Assembly: GCA_964614975.1 (NCBI GenBank) | Contig: CAZTOA010000002.1 | Span: 1-56,603 of the forward strand | Reading direction: 5' to 3' | Length of the DNA: 56,603 bases | Source: an uncultured Gammaproteobacteria bacterium | Lineage (GTDB): Bacteria; Patescibacteriota; Microgenomatia; UBA1406; HO2-37-13b | In this document: positions 41,755 through 50,753 of the stretch, one piece after another | Layout of the letters: every line of letters starts with the position of its first letter | How positions within the stretch are numbered: the first letter of the stretch is position 1 | Position numbers and translations under genes: made by a program | Notes under the pieces: model-generated | What the model saw: only the letters and a program-made list of their open reading frames with translations | Databases searched by the model: none | What the model was told of the DNA's origin: nothing

Positions 41755-43119
41755 TTAAAAAGGTGTTTTGATATTCAAGAACCCTGTTGCGAAGGTGAGG
41801 CCTTTTTTTATGAGATCGATTTCGAAGTTTTCGTCAGCTCCGTGCATATTACAATCCTCGTTCGCCATTGGAATATACAACTGCGGAATTTTTAGGAGCT
41901 CTTCAAAGAGCACTGCGATAGGAATGGTCGCGCCACAGAATTTTTTAATAACTGTGCGACCATAAATGTTTTCCATAAGCTCGAAAGCTTTATCAAATAA
42001 GGGGCCCTCGGTAGGAATATGTACCGGAGGACAACTTTCGCTTGCATCAAGCGTATAAGTGCAATATTCGGGTATATTATCTTCAACAAAAGCCTTGAAT
42101 TTTGAGGCAATATCTTCGGGATTTTGATTGTGCACAAGCCTCAAATTCATTTTTACTGTCGCACTGCCAGGGACGCTATTGCGAAATCCTACCCCAGTAT
42201 AGCCTGACTGGATCCCAGTTATTTCTAAGGATGGTGCGAAACCTAGCTGGGTATATATATTCCAGCCGTTTCGTGCAAAATGTGTCTTTGCCCCAGATGT
42301 TTTTTTAAATTCTTCTTCATCAAAGGGAATAAGTTCGTTTGCTTCTATATCTTTATCAGTTGGCTCAGTAATATTGTCATAAAATCCTTTAACTGCGATC
42401 CTTTTCTCCATCGAACTTTCATCGAAAAGCTTTCCTAAAAGGATCGCAAGTTCCGTAGCAGCATTTGGCATTATTCCGCCGTAAAGCCCCGAATGGTTAT
42501 CTTTTGCCGATGTATCCAATGTAAGAGCAATATTAACAATGCCGCGGAATCCAACTTCAATCGCAGGATGCCCTGCGGTAATCTCACCATCAGAAACAAG
42601 CAAAAAATCTGCCTTCAATTCTTCTTTATATTTACGAATAAACTCATCAAACCTTCCTGAACCAGTTTCTTCATTACCTTCAATCAAAAACGAAACGTCA
42701 TAACCAAGACTTTTCTGCTTTATGAGTTCAATTACTGTCGCTAGATAGATCATAATCTGACCCTTATTATCTACAGCTCCACGAGCAAGAAATCGCCCAT
42801 TTTTTTCAGTTAAAGTAAACGGATCATTAGTCCAACCCTCTTCTTTTGCAGCTGGTTGCACATCATAATGGCCATATATTAGTACGTGTTGTTTCTTTTC
42901 ACCTTCGTTTTGGGTATTTTTATAATGTGCAAGGACAATAGGATTATCAAATCCGGTAATAAGTTTTACGTCAAATCCGTTGTCTTCGAGAAGTCTTTTT
43001 ATCCATTCTGCGGTTTTTTGAATATCTTCAGAAAATTGGGGATCAGTAGAAATGCTGCGTAACGCAACAAATTCTTTTAACAATTGAACATAGCGATCGA
43101 ATAGTGCAGGTTGGTCCAT
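41755..43119 (-). CDS. M20-family metallopeptidase (dipeptidase/ArgE-DapE-like)
   Basis: IYGHYDVQP and EGNEETGS motifs. Start moved to the ATG at 43119 (MDQPALF...); the ORF track used the TTG at 43146. Confidence 0.8.
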   Translation of the reverse strand: MDQPALFDRYVQLLKEFVALRSISTDPQFSEDIQKTAEWIKRLLEDNGFDVKLITGFDNPIVLAHYKNTQNEGEKKQHVLIYGHYDVQPAAKEEGWTNDPFTLTEKNGRFLARGAVDNKGQIMIYLATVIELIKQKSLGYDVSFLIEGNEETGSGRFDEFIRKYKEELKADFLLVSDGEITAGHPAIEVGFRGIVNIALTLDTSAKDNHSGLYGGIMPNAATELAILLGKLFDESSMEKRIAVKGFYDNITEPTDKDIEANELIPFDEEEFKKTSGAKTHFARNGWNIYTQLGFAPSLEITGIQSGYTGVGFRNSVPGSATVKMNLRLVHNQNPEDIASKFKAFVEDNIPEYCTYTLDASESCPPVHIPTEGPLFDKAFELMENIYGRTVIKKFCGATIPIAVLFEELLKIPQLYIPMANEDCNMHGADENFEIDLIKKGLTFATGFLNIKTPF

Positions 43120-43181
43120 ATTTCGATTATACAATAATTCTTGCAAAAAATTTAATCATGTGATAATCTAGCTTCATTAGT

Positions 43182-43232
43182 ATGAAATACGTATCCGCAT
43201 TCATTATTTTCTTTCTTATTATCGCCATCTAG
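43182..43232 (+). CDS. 16-codon hydrophobic leader-type ORF MKYVSAFIIFFLIIAI
   Basis: Preceded by TTGCAA...TGTGATAAT (43141-43167) and followed by the terminator at 43264-43287. 4 Phe and 5 Ile in 16 codons. No SD, as for host genes. Confidence 0.25.
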   Translation: MKYVSAFIIFFLIIAI

Positions 43233-43263
43233 GGCGAGGAAGAAGTGTGAATGCACACAGACA

Positions 43264-43287
43264 CCCGCCCAAAAGGCGGGTTTTTTT
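43264..43287 (+). terminator. Rho-independent terminator/attenuator upstream of the ATP-grasp operon
   Basis: CCCGCC-CAAAA-GGCGGG followed by TTTTTTT. 22 nt before the ATG at 43310. Confidence 0.8.
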
Positions 43288-43309
43288 GTTGCCAATTTAA
43301 TAATGAAAT

Positions 43310-44896
43310 ATGAATAGGAGTGAAGTTCCTACAGCAAGAGGATTGTATCCAAGTGATCGAGAGCCAATTGTCCAGGCCCATCACAACGTGCCTGATTTAA
43401 TTGGAAGTTTATCCCAAGGACAAATTGCAGATGTAAATAAGCACTATAGTTATCGTGCATTTCATCAACTCATGGCTTCGAGGGAGGGTGATATAGTAGC
43501 TATACCATCAAACCCCGAGAACTTTAAAAAAATGCAACCTCTGCTTTCGTGGGCAGAGCGTAATCTCGGCGTTCAATATGTCATGACATCGATGAGGCCT
43601 GGTGAGCTTCCCTTCTCTGATGACGAAAATTTGGTTGTAGTTCCATATTATTCATCCCCAAACTTTGGTGATAAACCTATGTGGGGACTTGATCCGGAGG
43701 TGGCGGCTAACCTAAAAAATAAAATTAGCTTTGCTAATACTATTCTGGAGATGGGTGATGACTTAGCCGAGGTCTCATTTGAAAATGGAGTTCATCCCAC
43801 AACAGTGCTTCCGTATTTAACTTTTAACGATCCTGCAGATGCCAGACAAATAATAGCGCAGAGCATGGAAGCATCAAGGCGAATGTATGCGGGATTCTCA
43901 GTCTTCGATGCAAGTATTGCTGGTTATCCGTTAGGTGTCGTGGTTCAACAGTCGGGTGGCGATGGTGGGTATGGAACAGTCATTATGCATGAAGGTGAGG
44001 GTGGGGAATGGATTATTCAAGCGGAAAAAAAGAAGAAACAATATGCATCTCGTGAAGAGGCTGAAGAAGCGTTGGTTGAGCTTGTGGCAATATCAGGTGG
44101 AGAATATAAAGTTACACGATATGTCGACGTGGCTACAAGTCCAAGTGTTGGAGTGTATGTTAATGGTGCAGACACGGTATCCTTGCCTGTAACGGTGCAA
44201 TTTTTTGAGAATGGAAGCTGTATCGGCGGCGCATCACAGAACTCAGTAGATCCTTCGGGATTTAAAGCGGTAAAAGAAAAAGAACCATATATGCGGGCGT
44301 TGGCAGGTCGCATTGCCGAAAATGCTCTATATGTCAAGACAGAATCAGCACACATAGGTATTGATTTTATGATTGCTGGAGAAAAAGAAATGCGACTCGT
44401 TGAACTCATCAAGAAGCACCCTGAACTTGCGATTTACTCAAAAAACTGTATGGAGGTTGGTATAGCTGAATGTAATCCACGTATGACATCACTTTCGCTT
44501 TCTGTGTGGCCACTACTTCTGTACGACAATAAATTATCAGGTCGTAATAGGGATGACATAACATATGATGATATTCATGCATTTTATGGCGGTGAAAATG
44601 CACAAGGTCAATCAGGCGGATTCGCAGTTTGGGATTACATAGCAGCACCTCATGGAGTCACTACAGAATCCGAGCTCATTGCATGGATTGATCGGGTAAA
44701 TGACACCTTCTCTGCATCGGGTATATTTATTGTCCCAAGGCTCCCGCTTGAGTATGATCCTAAAAATGATTGTCTTTCAACCTCTGTGGTACTTGGAATG
44801 CGACCTAACACATCATCTGAATCTCATGCTGAATTTCAGCGTATAATTAGTGAGTTAAGTAGCGCTTGTAGCTTACAATCATTGATGGAAGAGTAA
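43310..44896 (+). CDS. ATP-grasp-family ligase (unknown substrate)
   Basis: 528 aa. GVVVQQSGGDGGYG glycine-rich loop and IGIDFMI...VGIAECNPRM (E-x-N-x-R Mg/ATP motif) typical of ATP-grasp folds. Confidence 0.65.
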   Translation: MNRSEVPTARGLYPSDREPIVQAHHNVPDLIGSLSQGQIADVNKHYSYRAFHQLMASREGDIVAIPSNPENFKKMQPLLSWAERNLGVQYVMTSMRPGELPFSDDENLVVVPYYSSPNFGDKPMWGLDPEVAANLKNKISFANTILEMGDDLAEVSFENGVHPTTVLPYLTFNDPADARQIIAQSMEASRRMYAGFSVFDASIAGYPLGVVVQQSGGDGGYGTVIMHEGEGGEWIIQAEKKKKQYASREEAEEALVELVAISGGEYKVTRYVDVATSPSVGVYVNGADTVSLPVTVQFFENGSCIGGASQNSVDPSGFKAVKEKEPYMRALAGRIAENALYVKTESAHIGIDFMIAGEKEMRLVELIKKHPELAIYSKNCMEVGIAECNPRMTSLSLSVWPLLLYDNKLSGRNRDDITYDDIHAFYGGENAQGQSGGFAVWDYIAAPHGVTTESELIAWIDRVNDTFSASGIFIVPRLPLEYDPKNDCLSTSVVLGMRPNTSSESHAEFQRIISELSSACSLQSLMEE

Positions 44897-45654
44897 TGAA
44901 CATAACGGTTATTCAATTCCGCACTGATCAATCAGGACCACACGAGGTCAAATGCTTATTTAACTCGTGTGGACTTCCATATCAATCCTTCACATTTATT
45001 AATGCTCTTAATGACAGCTTTCTTAATAATGTGAATAAGTTAAAAAAAAATACGGACGTGTGGATTCTTACTGGATGGGGAGAAGCAGGATATGAGAGTC
45101 AGGATGAAGATGGCAAAAAAAAACTGACAATTGTCAAGCAAAGATTGTACCCGCTTATTCGCGAGCTATATTCACAGAAAGTCTCATTAATAGGTATCTG
45201 TTTCGGCTTTCAAATTATGGTCGATGCACTTGGCGGCTCTTTGGCTATTGAACCTAAGATGTCTGAAGGAGGTATATTTGATGTGTTTCTTACAGAAAAG
45301 GGCGCTAAGGAAAAAATATTTGCGGGTATGGAAACACCATTCAAGGCTGTGCTTGGCCATAAAACATCCGTTGTATCATTGCCAAAGGGCGTAGTGAGGC
45401 TAGCATACTCAAAAAAATGCCCTATACAAGCTGCGAAGTTTGGCAAGTATTCATATGGTTTTACTTTTCATCCTGAGCTCATACACAAGGATATTATTGA
45501 GAGAACAAGTCTTTATGATGGGTATATATCTGATCAGAGTACCATGGAGTATAGCGAAATAGGAACGGCAAAAATATTACAGAATCTATTTAGCGAATAT
45601 TTGATAAATAACAACTCAATGAAAGGGTCTACTTTCTCCGCACTAAGCATATAG
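44896..45654 (+). CDS. Class I glutamine amidotransferase-like protein
   Basis: LIGICFGFQ nucleophile elbow and FTFHPE His-Glu pair. The start overlaps the ATP-grasp stop by 1 nt. Confidence 0.8.
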   Translation: MNITVIQFRTDQSGPHEVKCLFNSCGLPYQSFTFINALNDSFLNNVNKLKKNTDVWILTGWGEAGYESQDEDGKKKLTIVKQRLYPLIRELYSQKVSLIGICFGFQIMVDALGGSLAIEPKMSEGGIFDVFLTEKGAKEKIFAGMETPFKAVLGHKTSVVSLPKGVVRLAYSKKCPIQAAKFGKYSYGFTFHPELIHKDIIERTSLYDGYISDQSTMEYSEIGTAKILQNLFSEYLINNNSMKGSTFSALSI

Positions 45655-47724
45655 TTAATTTGAAGGGTTGGGTGTTGGTGTTACCTGAGTTGGTTCTACA
45701 GTTGGGCTCGGTGTTACTTTTATTTCACTCTCCGGTCCTGCATTTTCAGGCAATTGAATCGCTGGTGAGAGCTGTGGATTTGGCTCTTTTGGAAGATCTA
45801 ATTGATCTCCTTGTCGAATGCCGGCTGATTCAGTCGCTGCTTTTTTCTTTGTGTCATCAGCTGCTGCTTTAAATGCTTCAAGATTTTCTTTTGCCTTTTT
45901 GTAATCTTCAGATTTATTATCGAGCACTTTTAATACGCTTTCTAGACTTGTTACCGCTCTATCGATTTTTCCATTCTGATATTGTGCCCATGCAAGATTA
46001 TAGAAAGCATTTGGCCAATCTGGTTTTAATCCAGCAGACTGTTCGAAAAGCTTTTCAGCCTCATCATAATCTTTCAAAGAATAATACACACCACCAAGAT
46101 TTAATCTCAAAAGTGGATTATTTGGATCCTGAAGTATCGCTCGGCGGTATGATGCAATAGTCCATGATTCTGCACCTTGGGCCACATTAATAATGTTTCT
46201 GTAAATTACTGCAAGGTTATTCCAGTAACCAACTTTATTTGGGTTGAGCTGTACAGGAACTTTAGCTTCGCTAATTGCCAACTGAATGAAGCGGGCAATT
46301 TCTTCTCTATCTTTGTCGGTAAGATCCTTTTTCTTTGATATATTATTTGCTAGGAGAAGGTTTACTTGGCTGAACTGTACGTGGTAGCGCTCGATGAAAG
46401 GATTTGTTTGCATTGCCTTTACCAAACCGTTATATACTGCTTGACCATTATTATTTCGGATTCCATTTATTGAGCTTTTGAAATAGACTTCTGCTGCATA
46501 GGCACGATATCCAAGAAATCCAAAGCCACCAACAAGCCCCAATATTATTAATGCAATAGCAATATACAAAAGAGGCATAGAGCGGAGATCCACAGAAACT
46601 TTTTCTTCATTGTACTCATGGGCTTTTAGCGCCAGACCAACACACAGCATTATTGTGAGGAGTAGTGATATGAATGATGCTGGAAGTATTAGCGATACTA
46701 ATCCAAGATACATCGCCCAGGCGGCATATATTTTGCTTTCGTGATCTTTCTCTGCAAACAAACCATATACTTCGCGAATAATATATACCCAGAGTAAGAG
46801 GAAGGCCAGCAGTCCCAGAATTCCAGTTTCAGTCCAAATTTGTAACACCATCGAACTTGCTAAATTAAAGTTTGTCTGCCAAAATTCGGAGGCATTGTAA
46901 CTGCGGGGCTTTGCAGCAGTAAATGCTGCTTCATAATTATCAATGCCGACACCAACTACAGCGGTTCTGAGTGTCTTCATGCTTTCCACACCAGCTACCC
47001 AAGATGATTCAATCGGAGGAAGTTGAAGGGCTTGTTGACCTTCTGGGGGAAAAAAACCACGATAACCAACGAGAGTTACCGCTACCAGACCGACGAGCAT
47101 TCCTACTATAGAGATGTATGATGGTTTCTTTGACAGCATGATATTTTGTATAACTCGCATCAATGAAACAATGCTTAGTAAGCCTGTCATGATAAGGACG
47201 TCTAATACATTGCCGATAGGAGAGAAGCGTATATTTTTTAAGAAATCGAGTTCTGTTGAAAGTTGTGCACTGTTAAGTGGGCCGAACCAAAATACTACAG
47301 TTATACAAGCGGCAAAGAGCATTCCAACTTCAAAGAAACGCATTGCGCGATTTTCGTCACCTTTTTTTGTTAATGAATTTACAAGAACATAGTACAAAGC
47401 CACGCATGTAAGTATTGGTGCAAGGCCCCAAGGCACAGTTGTAAGAGCTTGTACTTTATTTGTTGATGAAAAAAGAACAGCAATAATTTGAGAGATGCTA
47501 AAGAAAAGTAAAACTCTGTCGAATGGAGTTTTAAGTAATTTTATATGTTTATTTAATAATAGAGAAAGAGCACTCAGTACAAGTGAAATAAGGATGACTA
47601 CGAGAAGAAGATAAAATTTCTGTGTTAAAAAATACTCTTGTGTGAAAGGAAGGAAAAACCAAGGAACCAGTGCTAGGGTTATATAAAGTAAATTTGTGCG
47701 TAATTTATGGAGGAAATCATTCAT
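45655..47724 (-). CDS. O-antigen-ligase-like polytopic membrane protein with C-terminal TPR repeats
   Basis: About 10 TM helices, then TPR-like repeats (AFYNLAWAQYQNGKIDRA etc.) and a PT tail. ATG at 47724 with TGGTACAAT 5 nt upstream. The ORF track extends to the TTG at 47790. Confidence 0.65.
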   Translation of the reverse strand: MNDFLHKLRTNLLYITLALVPWFFLPFTQEYFLTQKFYLLLVVILISLVLSALSLLLNKHIKLLKTPFDRVLLFFSISQIIAVLFSSTNKVQALTTVPWGLAPILTCVALYYVLVNSLTKKGDENRAMRFFEVGMLFAACITVVFWFGPLNSAQLSTELDFLKNIRFSPIGNVLDVLIMTGLLSIVSLMRVIQNIMLSKKPSYISIVGMLVGLVAVTLVGYRGFFPPEGQQALQLPPIESSWVAGVESMKTLRTAVVGVGIDNYEAAFTAAKPRSYNASEFWQTNFNLASSMVLQIWTETGILGLLAFLLLWVYIIREVYGLFAEKDHESKIYAAWAMYLGLVSLILPASFISLLLTIMLCVGLALKAHEYNEEKVSVDLRSMPLLYIAIALIILGLVGGFGFLGYRAYAAEVYFKSSINGIRNNNGQAVYNGLVKAMQTNPFIERYHVQFSQVNLLLANNISKKKDLTDKDREEIARFIQLAISEAKVPVQLNPNKVGYWNNLAVIYRNIINVAQGAESWTIASYRRAILQDPNNPLLRLNLGGVYYSLKDYDEAEKLFEQSAGLKPDWPNAFYNLAWAQYQNGKIDRAVTSLESVLKVLDNKSEDYKKAKENLEAFKAAADDTKKKAATESAGIRQGDQLDLPKEPNPQLSPAIQLPENAGPESEIKVTPSPTVEPTQVTPTPNPSN

Positions 47725-47819
47725 ATTAGATTGTACCAGTTTACGTTTAATGTAATTTCTTGTCAACAGAAAATTGGGGAGTATTGACAAGACCTTTCTT
47801 TGTCGATTAGTATGTATGT

Positions 47820-48581
47820 ATGCAACAATACATGGGTGGAGTAATCACCGCTGTCCTCACAATTATTGTTTTTCTATTAACGACTCTGCCATCAACGCGC
47901 CCTTTTATTAATTCACTTTTTCTCTTATATATAGGTGTTGCTTTTTTTGGCTCACTTTACTTTCCGGTAGTACGAAAAAGTATTAAAAGCAAAACTGTTT
48001 TGTCAAGTTATATGCTGATTATTTTTGTCGCAATGCTCTTTTGGGTTGGCGTGACGGGCTGGTTCTTCTCACCATTTTTCTATATTCTTTATCTGCTGGC
48101 GATAATGCTCTCATTTGTTCTTTCACCTTTTTCAACGCTTCTTTTTGTTATGACATTAGTAGGGCTGTTTGCTCCAAATATTGGATCAATCGATATTGTC
48201 TTGGATCTCATTACGATATTATCTCTCTTTTCAATTGTTCCGATAACGCTCTTCCTTCAAAAGGAGTATCTATACTTACGACAGCAAGAAAAGAAAGTTC
48301 TTATTCTTGAAGAAGAAACCCAGGATTTACACAATAAGGTTGATGAAGTTTTGCGTAATCGTGTCATAAAATTTGCAGTAAATCTGCGTCAACCTGTTAA
48401 TGATATGAAGCAGATGGCGATTTTCGCACAGACCGATACAAAGGCGAAAATCGCAAAAGCATTAAAGAAAATTGAAAAGCTCGGTGATGAATCTCTCGGA
48501 ATTATTGAAGATTTTGAGGTGTCAGTAACAGGTAAAAAACTCATCCATACATCTTCTGAAAAAAAAGGCAAGATAAGTTAA
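47820..48581 (+). CDS. Polytopic membrane protein with degenerate histidine-kinase DHp-like tail (no His, no ATPase domain)
   Basis: Five or six TM helices, then a coiled coil. KFAVNLRQPVNDMKQ parallels the H-box FVSVASHELRTPMTAIK of the 54154 kinase, but with Asn at the His position. Confidence 0.45.
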   Translation: MQQYMGGVITAVLTIIVFLLTTLPSTRPFINSLFLLYIGVAFFGSLYFPVVRKSIKSKTVLSSYMLIIFVAMLFWVGVTGWFFSPFFYILYLLAIMLSFVLSPFSTLLFVMTLVGLFAPNIGSIDIVLDLITILSLFSIVPITLFLQKEYLYLRQQEKKVLILEEETQDLHNKVDEVLRNRVIKFAVNLRQPVNDMKQMAIFAQTDTKAKIAKALKKIEKLGDESLGIIEDFEVSVTGKKLIHTSSEKKGKIS

Positions 48582-48594
48582 ACAAGGGAGCTAT

Positions 48595-48960
48595 TTACTT
48601 TAAGTATTCTTTAAGCTTTTCTACAAGTTGATCAGGTGTCATATCTGCTTTAATGAGATATGCTTTTGCACCTAAATCAAGAGCTTCTTTCATTACAGGG
48701 TCGTGGGCTAGGTTTGTGAGAAGCACAACTTTTGAAGCGTTAGACTTTGATTTTTCTGAAAGTTCGCGAAGTACTTCGACACCATCCATTTTTGGCATCA
48801 TGATGTCGAGTAAAATTAAGTCATATGATCCGGCGATGATTTTATCGTAACCATCTTTTCCATCCACTGCCGTATCAACATCAAATCCACTATCTTTAAG
48901 AATTTCTTCGTAGAGGTCTCGAATATACTCATCGTCATCAACCACGATCAGCTTGTGCAT
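48595..48960 (-). CDS. Stand-alone response-regulator receiver domain (CheY-like)
   Basis: VVDDDE, LILLDIMMPKMDG and a conserved K near the C-terminus. TTGACA-17-TAGACT promoter 9 nt upstream. Confidence 0.9.
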   Translation of the reverse strand: MHKLIVVDDDEYIRDLYEEILKDSGFDVDTAVDGKDGYDKIIAGSYDLILLDIMMPKMDGVEVLRELSEKSKSNASKVVLLTNLAHDPVMKEALDLGAKAYLIKADMTPDQLVEKLKEYLK

Positions 48961-49073
48961 AATAATACAAGTCTATGCCAAGGTATAATAAATGTCAACA
49001 AGCGAGTTGAATATAGAGTAGGGGTACTGTATAGTTGATTACTTATAATATACATTAACAAGCTATTCGTTTT

Positions 49074-50753
49074 ATGAAAGCAGGCACAGATGTTTATAGA
49101 AACCTTTCTCTCATTGCTATTGATAGTAAATTATCAAAAAAACCTCAAAGTGTTGTTATAGATGGATCTTCATTAGAGCTCGAACATATCCTTTCAGTCG
49201 GCCGTGAAAATACGGACGTACAATTTACTGCCGATCCCGATGTCCTCAAGAGAGTACAGACAACTTATGAAGCAATGATGACTGACGTGCAAAATGGAGT
49301 GCCTATTTACGGGTGTAATACTGGATATGGAGCACAAGCTTCTCATGTGGTAAATAAAGGTTTGAAAAAGAAGCGTGTTGAAATTGCAAAGAAAATCTCG
49401 GAAGGTATTACGCATATTGATGTTGCAGTTGGACCAGAATTTAAGAAAGAAATTGTCCGTGGTGCAATGTTAATACGTATTAACATGTTGTTGAATGGGG
49501 TAAGTGCGGTCAAACTAGATGACCTGAATATATTTCGACAAATGCTGAATAAGCAAGTTACTCCTATTATAAATATGTATGGAGGTATTGGTGCCTCGGG
49601 TGACTTGGCACATAATGCTCGTGTTCTGAATGCTGCTCGACGAATAAAAGGAACCCTGGCAAGTAATGCAAAAGGGCAGGTTTTAGAAGCACAAAAGGCA
49701 ATGATAGAGGCTGGTATTAAACAGCTGACACTGGACCCAAAAGCAGGTTTAGGGCTTGTGAACGGCGATAATTTTTCGACATCTGTTGCCACATTCCTTG
49801 CAACAGATACTATTCGTGCGTTGCTATTGATGCATGTTCTTGCAGCCATGGTTATAGAGGTATTGAGGGGAACAGATAGATCATTCCATCCGCTGGTTGC
49901 CCATGTTCGTCCTCACGAAGGTCAGAGAGAAACAGCAGATATGATGCGTGATCTTTTAGAAGGAAGCAAACTTGCATATCAAGAAATGCGGGGCCATAAA
50001 AAAAGACCCACTGGAGTAAAGGTTCAAGATGGATATAGCTTGAGAGGCATTGCCCAATACTTAGGTGTCGATGTGGCAAAGATGAAAGGAATCCTAGATA
50101 CAATCGAGATAAATGCGAATTCTGTTTCTGACAACCCGCTATGGGTTTTGCCTGAATATGCGACCAAGGGTGAAAAGCCATATCAGTGGGTAAGTGGAGC
50201 CAATTTTATTGCAATGCATATGGTTGATGTTCTTGATGATACACGTAAAGTCATGACGCATATAGTAAAACTATGTGATCGTCATGTTGCGCGATTGGTG
50301 AACACGCATGAAAGTAATGGATTGCCGCCTAATCTTTCTGATAAAGCAGCGATTACCCAATGTGCTTTTAAGGGTGTTCAGATTCAATCGGGCATGCTTG
50401 ATGTGTATTCCTCACTTTTATCCGTGCCAGTCAGTACGTTTTTTGGCGTGCATGAGGAAGGAAACCAGGATATAACGTCGCATGCATTAACATCAGGAAT
50501 GATTGGTATGGAAAATTTACGTCTGACACATTATGCGCTCGCGCAAACGCTTATGGCTGTGTGCCAAGCAGTAGATTTGCGCGGTGGAGCAGATAAGCTT
50601 TCTGAGAAAACCCGTCCAGTATATAGATTTGTGCGATCGAAGATCGCATATGTAAAAGAAGAGCGCCCATTACACAATGAAATTGAAGTATTGTATGAAG
50701 CTATCGCTTCTGGTGAGCTGAATACTTTATTACGTGAGCAGACATTTTCATAA
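49074..50753 (+). CDS. MIO-dependent aromatic amino acid ammonia-lyase/aminomutase (HAL/PAL/TAL family)
   Basis: GGIGASGDLAHNA contains the Ala-Ser-Gly triad that forms the MIO cofactor. NTGYGAQA and QDGYSLRG family motifs. Confidence 0.85.
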   Translation: MKAGTDVYRNLSLIAIDSKLSKKPQSVVIDGSSLELEHILSVGRENTDVQFTADPDVLKRVQTTYEAMMTDVQNGVPIYGCNTGYGAQASHVVNKGLKKKRVEIAKKISEGITHIDVAVGPEFKKEIVRGAMLIRINMLLNGVSAVKLDDLNIFRQMLNKQVTPIINMYGGIGASGDLAHNARVLNAARRIKGTLASNAKGQVLEAQKAMIEAGIKQLTLDPKAGLGLVNGDNFSTSVATFLATDTIRALLLMHVLAAMVIEVLRGTDRSFHPLVAHVRPHEGQRETADMMRDLLEGSKLAYQEMRGHKKRPTGVKVQDGYSLRGIAQYLGVDVAKMKGILDTIEINANSVSDNPLWVLPEYATKGEKPYQWVSGANFIAMHMVDVLDDTRKVMTHIVKLCDRHVARLVNTHESNGLPPNLSDKAAITQCAFKGVQIQSGMLDVYSSLLSVPVSTFFGVHEEGNQDITSHALTSGMIGMENLRLTHYALAQTLMAVCQAVDLRGGADKLSEKTRPVYRFVRSKIAYVKEERPLHNEIEVLYEAIASGELNTLLREQTFS

